64,000 bases of DNA from Botryllus schlosseri (lineage: Eukaryota), in assembly GCA_051294905.1 (NCBI GenBank), contig CM119371.1, positions 32,862,001-32,926,000 of the forward strand. Direction: 5' to 3'. Below, piece by piece: positions 51,386-64,000 of the stretch (positions within the stretch are counted from its first letter, which is position 1; each line of letters begins with the position of its first letter). Position numbers and translations under genes: made by a program. The notes beneath the pieces are model-generated. The model saw only the letters and a program-made list of their open reading frames with translations. It was not told the DNA's origin and ran no database searches.

Positions 51386-53465
51386 TATGAATACATATAG
51401 TAGTGATCGCCACAGATTATTAGCGTCTTGCCTTTGTTTCTTTGAGGTTTTCAGTGTTCAACTGTATCTCAAAAATCAGACATGTGCTGCTAATTATCAC
51501 GAGGACATGTTTTCTATATTTCATTTGTCTGTTCTTGAGTCCACCATCATCACTATGAGTAAACCTAGTCTATGGCAACAGAAAGAATTTGTGTATCATT
51601 TGAAAATCATAATAAATATCAATATATTATTCAAATGTGTTATGATGTTATGTACTCCTAAGCGTCTCTTTATTATTGGGCTGTACTGATATTTCACGTT
51701 CATCACGGTGGAGTATTGATTTTATCGTAACGAAATTATTTGCATAGTCAGAATCGATGGTCCTCTTTGAATGGAGCTCTGTTATGCATTCCTGGCAAAA
51801 CTGTCTCATCTTTTAACTTTACAACACCGAGGCGGAACGATTGGGGGACTTGAAGATACTCCTATGTACGATTGGAGATCGTTTTTCTGAACGTAGGCCT
51901 ACCTATTGAACTGTGCGATCATGATGATTCTCCTGCAGATGTTTTGAAAATAGGGCATGACCGACTTTTGTAATACGCTACATGGCCATACCACAGCAAT
52001 GGTTGTTCAACCCGTCGACTGCGTGCCACTTTTGGCCAACGAGAAGGTGCTAAGGCGCAATTCTGAGCCCCTTCCTCCCCAAGCTTGGTAGGGTCGGTAT
52101 GATTAGTCCTAACGTCCATCAGCTCTACCAGTAAATCTGATGACGTGTAGGCTATGCAATATGAAAGTAACGATATTATTGACCAAATTAGTTCAATAAC
52201 TTGGAAAGATTTTTTCGCTCGACGCGACTACTAAATAAGTGCAAGTTGAATAATCATAATACTAATATTAGCGTTTTTTCGTATTTGTCGGTCGAAACGC
52301 AACAGTGTGATACCGATTGCTTTATTGTAAATGAGTTTGTAAATATTTGGGGTAGAGTTGGCATTTCAGAAGGACGGGGTTTCGATTTGAAACCCAACCG
52401 CGCCATCGTACTACAAAACATACGACGTACAATCACATCAATCATAATTTGACTGCTTTTCGAGTCATTGATTATGGAATTGTGGATTATTGTTTCGAGA
52501 AATCCAGATGCGATCAATTCACGGTGGTCCGAGCTCGGCTCTAATTACTATAGGCAATGCTGTACGCTCTTCAACAGGCACGAGTGCTTGTTGTAATAAC
52601 GCACCATGACTTTGATACGAAATGTAAATGCCGGAATGCATTCAGCAACCGTAAATGATTTTTGGAATGATTTATTGACAGATGTTGTGATGGTGTAGCC
52701 CTTAGCATACCGGCCAGTTCAAATTATCTAATGGCGTAGAACAGATGTTCCCAAACTTTTGTGACTTGTGGCAAACTAGAAAAATTATAAAATACACGCG
52801 GTATACGCTATCACAATTATGCGATGACTATATTTATTCATACGAACATATTATACGACTGAAACGATTTTAGCTTATTGACAAACATACCAACATTTTG
52901 CGTCAATTCCAAGCAGTCTCACTCGTTTACAGCTTTTAATTTCAGCCAAAACCACAAAGTCTGTGCACATAGTCATGTAGAAGCGCAATGTTCAATGCAT
53001 TACACATGGCAATAAAATTATGATTGCTTTTGCACCTATCATGATATAAGAATTGGAAGAAAACAGCCATAACTCATCCATTTTTATTGAAAGAGCGTTT
53101 GAAAAACGGGGCGTTTCGTAAATGAATGAGCTGTTCTTCTGCATAAAGATTGGCGGATTCACTGCTTTCAAGTAGACCAATTACAAATCTAAAGTTATGA
53201 ACATCAAATCCAGAGAAATAGATGTAAGTTGAAATCCAGGCAGTGTGCCTATGTTTTGCGGAGCAATGTTTTTTTTATGAGTTGACTAATTGGGAGCTTG
53301 AACCGAATTGAAGACTTTCTTCGGCACATAGGAGCCCAATTATTACGCGACAATTAGCCTACCAAACTATTCGGCAATGCCATGATTTGATCCATCGCAA
53401 TGTTCACATGTGCTTATTTATCAGCTATGAAACAGTTGAAACGCTTTCAAGACGCATATGCCAGC

Positions 53466-53770
53466 CTGCACACTAGGGATGGTGTGAATCTCTGAAAGGT
53501 TCAGGTTATTTTGAACGCGAACCTTTTTGAAAGGTTCTGTGTGAACGCGAACGCGAACATCATGACGTCAAGTGACGTCATATTGCTAATTCCAACCCTA
53601 CATTTCAGTGAAGTGCCATCCTTCACACTAGGGATGGTGTGAACCTCTGAAAGGTTCAGGTTATTTTGAACGCGAACCTTTTTGAAAGGTTCTGTGTGAA
53701 CGCGAACGCGAAAATCATGACGTCACGTGACGTCATATTGCTAATTCCAACCCTACATTTCAGTGAAGTG
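53466..53770. repeat. 155-bp tandem duplication of a hAT-like end (TAGGGATGG...)
   Basis: Two near-identical units starting 53466 and 53621. A matching opposite-type end ...CATACCATCCCTA with GAACC/GGTTC motifs lies at ~43930-44044. Confidence 0.85.
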
Positions 53771-53979
53771 ACAGCCAATATTAAAGTACAAGCACGATAT
53801 CTAGCGCAGACTCGGGCCACATAAAATGCCACAATGCTGAAGTATATATTGACGTTTTAACGTCCCCAAATGCATCAACTGGGGCAATCAAATGATATAA
53901 TAAACCCATAAAATCAATATCTTTCGTCGCTTTGCTAACAATTTCGACGAGGACTTGCAAGGGAATATAAGCGTACGCC

Positions 53980-56900
53980 AGTAGTTAAGTAGATCTCTCG
54001 TGAGGTGGCAGGGGCTCTTATGGGCGGGGTGGTGACCTGCCGCGAAACCCGGGGTGATGACCCCACCCTTTTAGACCCCCTATGTGGTGGTGACCTGCCA
54101 TTGTTTCTTATGGGCGCGGTGATGATACCACCCTTTCGGGTATAGGCTGCGGCGATGATATACCTTGAAAACTCGTGTTGGTGACCCCACCCTTTCGGTA
54201 TAGGCTGCGGTGATGACCTGCCGTCTCGTGTTCGAGGGAATCCCAACGTTTACGGTGAATGCGACTTCAATATATCGTTATTCTTATGGCCGCGGCGGTG
54301 ATTCGTACTTTCGGGTATAGACTGCGGGTGGCATGTCGTACTTTCAACAAAAAAGGCGTGAAAATAGTTTGCAAAATCTAGGAATAACTAGCAAGGTAAT
54401 ATTTGGTAATTAGTTTACCAGAGAGCCGGCGTAGACGGCGATTCCAATACCAACAATAGCCGCGTTCACATATTAACACTCCAAATAGGTGTGAAATAGT
54501 TTGCAAACCCTGCGATCGCTGACAAGATAATGTCTCAGACATACGCGACTTGATGTTACAGGCATATCGATCACTCACGCGGTGAAATTTTCGTAAGCAG
54601 TTTGGGACAGAGCTTGATTTCACTCGTAAGATTTAATAAGTAACGAATAACAGACCGCCAGGGTCGGTAACTTGAATAGCGACAAATTGCCACTTATTTC
54701 CGCTCTAACCCTAATCCTTTGTGAAGTGAACGCTTATTCAAAAAGGTGTGAAATATTGGTAAAATCTCGCGACCGCTCACAAGATAATACCTAAGACATA
54801 ACCATCGCTCGCGACTCGCTGTTACATACACGCCGATCGTTGACAATGTAATATTTTGGTAATTGGTTTGCCACATAACCGGCGTAGACGGTGATACCAA
54901 CAATAGCCGCGTTCACAAACTAACACTTCAAAAAGGTGTGAAATAGGTTGCAAACCCCGCGATCGCTGACAAGATATTGTCTCGGACATAACCATCTTTC
55001 GCGACTTGCTGTTACATACATTCCAAACACTCACAAGATACTATTTTGGTACTTAATTTGTCACAGAACCGGATTTCGCTGGTAAAATTTAATAAGTAAC
55101 GAATAACAGAGCCGGCGTAGACGGTGATTCGAATACCGACAAATTTTCACTTATTTCTGTCCCAACCCTAATCCTCTGTGAAGTTGACGCTTATTCAAAA
55201 AGGTGTGAAATAATTGTAAAAATCCTACGTCGCTGACACGATAATGCATCAAACATAGCGATCTAGTTATAGTACGGTGTCGGAATCCATTCGCGAGATG
55301 TTCTAGAGGTAAATTGAGATAATCCGAAACCGAATATTTTGACTTTGGCGTAGTGTGAATTGAAATAGGATTGACAAACATGACTACCAACTTTCCCACA
55401 GTCCCGTTTCGATATTATACACACATTGATTTGAAACAAGTAATGTAACATTGCAACTCTATTCACGGCCCCGCTTTCCGTTTGTCAAAGAGATATTTTA
55501 ACATCTTACCATACTGAAAAGAATTATTCACAACAATAACAATTGTTAAAAATCTAGTTTTCACTTACTTGATTATATCACTACAACTCATAAATTTGAA
55601 TTAATTCATCCTGGTTGTATTCGTATGATCGGTCTTTTTTTTTATTCGATTGTAAAGGTCGTTACTATTCTGAAGACAAAGTATTTACTAATCGGTGCAT
55701 ACACGATTCGACTTGAACATATTATATTTTGAGTATACGAGATTTCAATGTCTGAACAATAACTGAGAAATAATTTATCACAATTAAATCCGTAAAAGAT
55801 ATTTGAATGTCAGCAACTCGGTAAGGTCATAGTTACTACCACATTACCTAATTTACCCGACCAACTCGTCATGATCATTCCCGAAATCAACACAAACATG
55901 ACTACTGACTTGAGTCAACCACAAAACAGCATCAAGTTTTAAATCCGCTTGTAGCTTACGGCTTATTTGAATGCGGGTTATGTTTTGTTGTAATTGAGTG
56001 TACGGAAATAGTCTTACGTCTCGACATCTCACCATCTTGCCATCAACAAAAGAGTAAAATACACAAACCTTGTCAAGTCAATCCGTTTGTAACTCACCGA
56101 ACCAAAGCAAAAAGTGTCCATACGAAAAGTAGACAAGACTACGCAAGTAATCACTACAACCCACAAACATATCAAGTTCGGTTTTAGGCATATACCACCA
56201 ACTCGTCTTTTTTGTTCAACTGTAAAAGTCGTTACTATTTTGCAAGACAAAGTAATGACTACTCGATAGATTTTGTAAGACAAAAGTAACTACTACTCGA
56301 TGCAGGCGCCTTGAGATTAACCTAACATGTTTGAGTATACAAGATTTGAAAGTCTGGCCATCGTAGTTGAGAATTCATTTCTTACAATCGAACGTAGGTG
56401 TTATATCGAAAATTATCATGATGTAAACATAAGGATTGTCACATCGATTTGACATATGGGGTTTTGTAATGGTCTATCATGACTTGATTACTAATTTATT
56501 TGTGTTAATTAGACCCGCCGATGTGGTGAAGGTTATTATGACAGCAACAAACTTTTCACTATCATGGCTATTAACATATTGAGTTGTAAAACTATACGTG
56601 TCTGAAATGTTCTTGATTGACAAATCATTCCACCTTGGTACAAATCACTCTGGGTATCGCGGATATCAGAAAATACTTTACAAATGTAATCGTTTCAGTT
56701 ACCAAGACTAAAGATGAAACAACAATTCCGTTTGCTGGCTAACAACCGGGCAATACTTTATTGTCAGAATCTGTGACGGTGAATTGAAACATACTCATCT
56801 TACACAGTACGAGTAAATCACTTTGGACTCCGGGCGGCGTCGTTTAATCCGTGTTAAACTCTGTTCACACTCTCTGTCGAATGTGTGAAATGTAAAACAT

Positions 56901-59900
56901 TACGAGGTTACACTCTAAGACTTTGATCAACAGAGAAACAATTTTGAATATCTTTACTGGATGGATCCTATTCAACCGACCTTGGTTAATACAAAACTCA
57001 TAACAATAATAAAATCGAAGTATGTGCTACACTGAAATCTAGAAAAAATGTGTTTGTATTGTTGTTCATAGTAGTGATATCGATTTGAACCTGCGGAATA
57101 ATTGTCATCATCTAACCAAACTAATGAAAGTCGTTGTCAATTTGTATGATGTTCACTGAATGCATACTAGTACTATTTGTGCAACACACACGAGCAGAGA
57201 AATTGGAAATTTTCCCATTGCCATTTGTCAAAGTAAATGTCGTCACAATACTCAGTCACTAAAAGACCATATACTTGTATGTGATTGAATCACCAACAAT
57301 TAACTCGCTAAATCAAATCGTAAGGCAATTTCACGCACTCAGCGGATATTACACAACGTCGCTTTATCGGTGTGGGTCGTTTTTTCTAAATACAAATCAT
57401 ATCTGTCCAGTAGAAAACAATTTTCACGCACTTGGGTAATGAAACCAGTGTGCAATATCAATACAAGATATTTTCGTGACACAAAAAATAATCAACTTAC
57501 TCGATATTCTCGTAAAACGAAACTGTACACAGGTTTCATGTTTTTTGTATGACACGGAATTAATACCGATCGAAGTAACTGTGTTGGAAATGACTTTCAT
57601 ACAAATACACTCTATGTGGTTAACATTCTCATCGATTCTATTGTGATCAATGTATACTATATGTATTCTGGATTCATTTCGATATGGCTAAACATACAAC
57701 CTCGACAGATACGAATTGTCACACACTCAACTAATATCATACCAAATAGTTATTTACAACAACCAAGACACAGAAAATTTGTTTTGGCCGTTTCGATTTT
57801 ATTACTGGAGGTACTCATCACTTCGCTTAATACAATCTAGATTTAAACCCCATCGAACCTTTGGTGTCTATCGTTTTGCTGGATACGAATTATGTTAGTC
57901 TGTTGGTGTCTATCGTTTTGCTAGATACGAATTATGTTAGTCTAACAGTAAACAATTTTCACAATCTTGGGTTATGAATTCAATGTGTTGGCGGTCATTC
58001 ATTATTTTGTTTGTATCAACTAGTTACTTTGTAGGGTATGAATGAGCACCCTCCCACAACTCTTACAAAAGTACGAAGGATATTTACATCACACAAAGTA
58101 GTCGACTTTACTTCATATCCTCACACTACGAAACCAAATGGTTGTGTAGACTCTACAAACTTTTTTACACGAATGGTCACACATCTAAATATTAAAATAA
58201 TCCAACACACAACTATAGTACTTACAGAAATATCATAGTTCTTGTAACAAAGGTGTTTATCGTAAGTCCTACACAGCCATGATATCCGTCCGAGTTTGAC
58301 TTTTAGAAAACATTATACCGACATCGCGACATCTTTCAAAATTAAAACCACTGTGACTGCTTCAGAGACCTACCAATGATATTGCAGTAATACAGTTACT
58401 TCCACAAAAGAGTATGTATTCGACTTACTTACCACAAATCTAACGCACAAAACAATTTACTTTACTAACGAGAAGCGCCGAGCCTCACATCAAAACAACT
58501 AGAAAGTGGAACTATATTAAAAAACGTCGCTAACCTTTGTGCACCAGCTGTAAATCACACAAGCAACATGTTTCAAGATTCTGGTTATTGAAAAACGTTA
58601 AAGTGTTTCTACGCCAAGTCGTTATGTTGACGAAAGCGTATACCATGATCGATTTGCATTCGTTGGTCACAAACTGTCACTACTCTAAATAATTAATTTT
58701 CACTCAAACACAAAAGCATACTTGTCACCAATCGTTTTCATCAAGCACGAGTTCAAGAAGCTTACTTACTACGACATGAATTGTTATTTTTATGTTGTGT
58801 AAATAGGTAATAATTTATTTTAGTAACACTACATAAACATCATCGAGTTGTGCTAATAGATTTACATGTGGTTTTAATCGAAGTACACAGCACGGTCTAA
58901 TGTAGATTCATCTCTATTGTACAGCAACTCGGTAATCGAAATGCATTAACATTTAAACAACGATCTTGGTTCGTCACGCGAAAAATATCTTTACTGTCGC
59001 AACACTCTGATACTCTGCACAAGATGTGTAAATCCTTTTCACACTCATAATTATACACTAACGGGATACCGACGTCAAGCAACAACGTTTAACAACATCA
59101 CTGACACTGAACATACGATACCTACCCAAGTAAAAATATCATTTTCACCAGGAGGTCAGCCGTTACTTGTGTACAATTACCATTTTCCCTTGGGAGTTTA
59201 GCGTTACCCGAGTAACAAAACCATTTTCACTTGGAAATATATGTTTCCCCTCAACAACAAACGTTTTTTCACTTGGAAATATATTTTTTCCCTGGGTAAC
59301 AAACCCCTTTTCACTTGGAAATATATTTTTACCCTGGATAACAAACCTTTTTCACTTGGAAATATATTTTTTCTCTTGGTAACAAACCTTTTTCACTTGG
59401 AAATATATTTTTTCTCTGGGTAACAAACCTTTTTCACTGAGCAACAAACCCTTTTCTCCCCAGGCAACAAACCCTTTTCGTTTGGAAAACTATCATTTAC
59501 CTGAGTACCAATACCATTTTCGTTTTGAAAACTGACAACTACACCGGTCAATTTGATATTTTTTGTATATTGTTACAACAGACAGTGACAAAATATACAC
59601 CAACAACGACTCCGATACATTTGTGTAATCGCATATTCACTTGTTCTGGTGCATCCCATCAAAACCCTCAGTTACCCACATGTAATGCGCTGTACATCGA
59701 TGTGAATGCTTTGGAAAATTGGGCAATAGGCTTCGATAGTTCTGTGATGTCCGGGTTCGTGCTTTGGATTTTCCAGAGTCAAAATGTCTGAATAAAACAC
59801 CTCCTTGACGATGGTTGGTATGTGGATAACGGTGTTCGGAAAACGGTTGGATTTATGTCACCCATCGCGATAACAACTCCAGATCGAGTTTTCCTCCCGC

Positions 59901-62900
59901 ATGTTTACTATATTGTGTCTTTATTGGTAAATGTATGTCTCGACATTCAGTTTGAAATCGGAAACCCTGATAAAGTATGTAACCGGATCCGGATATCAAC
60001 TGTGAATCGATAAACCAATGGACAATATTCAAAGTAAACATGTTACACCCTGTGTTTCCACGAAAAAATACCATCCAGACATACGTCGCGCTTGTTTGCC
60101 CACCTCAGTATACGCGTAAATGGAGGTGTGTGACATTGCATGCAATGTGTTGGTATACAAACATCGATCCACAGACATTATCATAGCCGGTAGTTTTGAT
60201 GTAGATCGAATGTCACCCGATAACAATGTCATACCAATAAGCCACATTGCAATGACTCTGAGTCAATCTGAATCATGACATACAGACACACAAACATAGA
60301 AACCGTAACATGGGTATTCGCACGACGGTGAAAGTGAACTGTACAACATATACCAATTGGGCGTTCACAGTCGAATATGCGAACCATGCACAATCATATA
60401 CCCAGATTTTTGTTGGATATGTACGAAACCGATAAATCGATACATTTCTTTTCCTTCAACGTCAATAATACAATCGCCATTCAAATACATCGCTCGAATG
60501 TGAGGTTCGTCTGGTGTAAAATCCATGTCAAATAACACCAAAGTGTGCCTTCCGTGTTTTATCATTTCCACCGACGCTTCTTGTCTGTGTCGTAACACTA
60601 TGGTGCTGGGACTTGAAAAACGACAGATTGTGAAACGGATTGACATGACCAACTGAATCGATGTCAATAACCTTGTGGTGATGACAGTGTCAAAATGCTA
60701 CCGATATGACGAGACCAACCCGATCTCTTGTAGCGATGACCGTTTCGAAATGTCACCGGACGAAATGGACCCTTACGATGATGTGTTTTATGATTGTGTG
60801 TGAAATCACGAGGTAGTGTTCTATTTGTGGTGTACGATTGCGGTCTTCACAGAAACACACCTTATTGGATCACAGTATCAGTCCGAGATTTGCAGAATTA
60901 CTGTTTGCGATATTTATCTGGAGTCGTTATGTGGGAGTAGCGACATTCATGCATCGTGACTGAAAGACTGATCGCAATCATTTCGAACACCGTACTTCGA
61001 TAGTTCACATTGGTCAAACGCTGCAGTATCAGCAGAAAACTTCGGTGTCGACAACACGACGGATATTGGCCGATGTATCCAATTGGTCTGGGTGATCTGT
61101 CCGGAGATAGGGTCATGACTATCTTGCAATGTAACAACACGATAACACCATCGAGTAAATCAGTGAACGGTGTCGAAATATCGATGTAATAGCGCGGACT
61201 CAGAGTCATTGCAATGTGGCTTATTGGTATGACATTGTTATCGGGTGACATTCGATCTACATCAAAACTACCGGCTATGATAATGTCTGTGGATCGATGT
61301 TTGTATACCAACACATTGCATGCAATGTCACACACCTCCATTTACGCGTATACTGAGGTGGGCAAACAAGCGCGACGTATGTCTGGATGGTATTTTTTCG
61401 TGGAAACACAGGGTGTAACATGTTTACTTTGAATATTGTCCATTGGTTTATCGATTCACAGTTGATATCCGGATCCGGTTACATACTTTATCAGGGTTTC
61501 CGATTTCAAACTGAATGTCGAGACATACATTTACCAATAAAGACACAATATAGTAAACATGCGGGAGGAAAACTCGATCTGGAGTTGTTATCGCGATGGG
61601 TGACATAAATCCAACCGTTTTCCGAACACCGTTATCCACATACCAACCATCGTCAAGGAGGTGTTTTATTCAGACATTTTGACTCTGGAAAATCCAAAGC
61701 ACGAACCCGGACATCACAGAACTATCGAAGCCTATTGCCCAATTTTCCAAAGCATTCACATCGATGTACAGCGCATTACATGTGGGTAACTGAGGGTTTT
61801 GATGGGATGCACCAGAACAAGTGAATATGCGATTACACAAATGTATCGGAGTCGTTGTTGGTGTATATTTTGTCACTGTCTGTTGTAACAATATACAAAA
61901 AATATCAAATTGACCGGTGTAGTTGTCAGTTTTCAAAACGAAAATGGTATTGGTACTCAGGTAAATGATAGTTTTCCAAACGAAAAGGGTTTGTTGCCTG
62001 GGGAGAAAAGGGTTTGTTGCTCAGTGAAAAAGGTTTGTTACCCAGAGAAAAAATATATTTCCAAGTGAAAAAGGTTTGTTACCAAGAGAAAAAATATATT
62101 TCCAAGTGAAAAAGGTTTGTTATCCAGGGTAAAAATATATTTCCAAGTGAAAAGGGGTTTGTTACCCAGGGAAAAAATATATTTCCAAGTGAAAAAACGT
62201 TTGTTGTTGAGGGGAAACATATATTTCCAAGTGAAAATGGTTTTGTTACTCGGGTAACGCTAAACTCCCAAGGGAAAATGGTAATTGTACACAAGTAACG
62301 GCTGACCTCCTGGTGAAAATGATATTTTTACTTGGGTAGGTATCGTATGTTCAGTGTCAGTGATGTTGTTAAACGTTGTTGCTTGACGTCGGTATCCCGT
62401 TAGTGTATAATTATGAGTGTGAAAAGGATTTACACATCTTGTGCAGAGTATCAGAGTGTTGCGACAGTAAAGATATTTTTCGCGTGACGAACCAAGATCG
62501 TTGTTTAAATGTTAATGCATTTCGATTACCGAGTTGCTGTACAATAGAGATGAATCTACATTAGACCGTGCTGTGTACTTCGATTAAAACCACATGTAAA
62601 TCTATTAGCACAACTCGATGATGTTTATGTAGTGTTACTAAAATAAATTATTACCTATTTACACAACATAAAAATAACAATTCATGTCGTAGTAAGTAAG
62701 CTTCTTGAACTCGTGCTTGATGAAAACGATTGGTGACAAGTATGCTTTTGTGTTTGAGTGAAAATTAATTATTTAGAGTAGTGACAGTTTGTGACCAACG
62801 AATGCAAATCGATCATGGTATACGCTTTCGTCAACATAACGACTTGGCGTAGAAACACTTTAACGTTTTTCAATAACCAGAATCTTGAAACATGTTGCTT

Positions 62901-64000
62901 GTGTGATTTACAGCTGGTGCACAAAGGTTAGCGACGTTTTTTAATATAGTTCCACTTTCTAGTTGTTTTGATGTGAGGCTCGGCGCTTCTCGTTAGTAAA
63001 GTAAATTGTTTTGTGCGTTAGATTTGTGGTAAGTAAGTCGAATACATACTCTTTTGTGGAAGTAACTGTATTACTGCAATATCATTGGTAGGTCTCTGAA
63101 GCAGTCACAGTGGTTTTAATTTTGAAAGATGTCGCGATGTCGGTATAATGTTTTCTAAAAGTCAAACTCGGACGGATATCATGGCTGTGTAGGACTTACG
63201 ATAAACACCTTTGTTACAAGAACTATGATATTTCTGTAAGTACTATAGTTGTGTGTTGGATTATTTTAATATTTAGATGTGTGACCATTCGTGTAAAAAA
63301 GTTTGTAGAGTCTACACAACCATTTGGTTTCGTAGTGTGAGGATATGAAGTAAAGTCGACTACTTTGTGTGATGTAAATATCCTTCGTACTTTTGTAAGA
63401 GTTGTGGGAGGGTGCTCATTCATACCCTACAAAGTAACTAGTTGATACAAACAAAATAATGAATGACCGCCAACACATTGAATTCATAACCCAAGATTGT
63501 GAAAATTGTTTACTGTTAGACTAACATAATTCGTATCTAGCAAAACGATAGACACCAACAGACTAACATAATTCGTATCCAGCAAAACGATAGACACCAA
63601 AGGTTCGATGGGGTTTAAATCTAGATTGTATTAAGCGAAGTGATGAGTACCTCCAGTAATAAAATCGAAACGGCCAAAACAAATTTTCTGTGTCTTGGTT
63701 GTTGTAAATAACTATTTGGTATGATATTAGTTGAGTGTGTGACAATTCGTATCTGTCGAGGTTGTATGTTTAGCCATATCGAAATGAATCCAGAATACAT
63801 ATAGTATACATTGATCACAATAGAATCGATGAGAATGTTAACCACATAGAGTGTATTTGTATGAAAGTCATTTCCAACACAGTTACTTCGATCGGTATTA
63901 ATTCCGTGTCATACAAAAAACATGAAACCTGTGTACAGTTTCGTTTTACGAGAATATCGAGTAAGTTGATTATTTTTTGTGTCACGAAAATATCTTGTAT
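53980..64000. mobile_element. Element 2: second giant fold-back Polinton/Maverick-like element (right end beyond window)
   Basis: Starts AGTAGTTAAGTAGATCTCTCGTGA, homologous to the element 1 terminus and collinear with it over ~6 kb. 61197-64000 is the reverse complement of 57461-60264 (mirror ORF coordinates all sum to 121461). Spacer 60265-61196. Confidence 0.85.
59210..59530. repeat. ~40-bp minisatellite in element 2 left arm (mirror at 61931-62251)
   Basis: Same CTTGGAAATATATTTTTT..GGTAACAAACC unit as 10700-11250, but a shorter array. Confidence 0.9.

Noticed and set aside
51750..51890. Terminal exon of the GIY-YIG-like gene
   Set aside because: Several frames and acceptors are possible and none gives a convincing motif; left unassigned.

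Overview
AT-rich, CpG-undepleted, repeat-dense eukaryotic DNA, probably from an invertebrate animal (taxon is inference). No prokaryotic features, rRNA, CRISPR or intact tRNA were seen. The window is dominated by two related giant fold-back elements with Polinton/Maverick-type ends but no recognisable Polinton genes. Element 1 (5734-22169) has AGTAGT...CTACT termini, a 6-bp TSD GATATG/GATTTG and 4.0-kb inverted arms. Element 2 (53980->64000) has a 6.3-kb left arm, mirrored apparently perfectly over the 2.8 kb of right arm inside the window. Each looks like a single end of a parent element copied back on itself, with a different turn-point in each copy. Element 1 carries a full-length but disabled I/Nimb-type LINE (13764-19739), which in turn carries a hAT MITE, and the whole stack splits a pseudogene of a three-copy orphan gene family. 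The rest holds many hAT, piggyBac and TA-TSD MITEs, tRNA-derived SINEs, a CR1/L2-like RT remnant, an EnSpm-like end, and a Penelope remnant with a minimal hammerhead ribozyme. A spliced + strand gene (about 47.6-51.4 kb) encodes a GIY-YIG-like motif. All comparisons were made by eye; no database searches were run.
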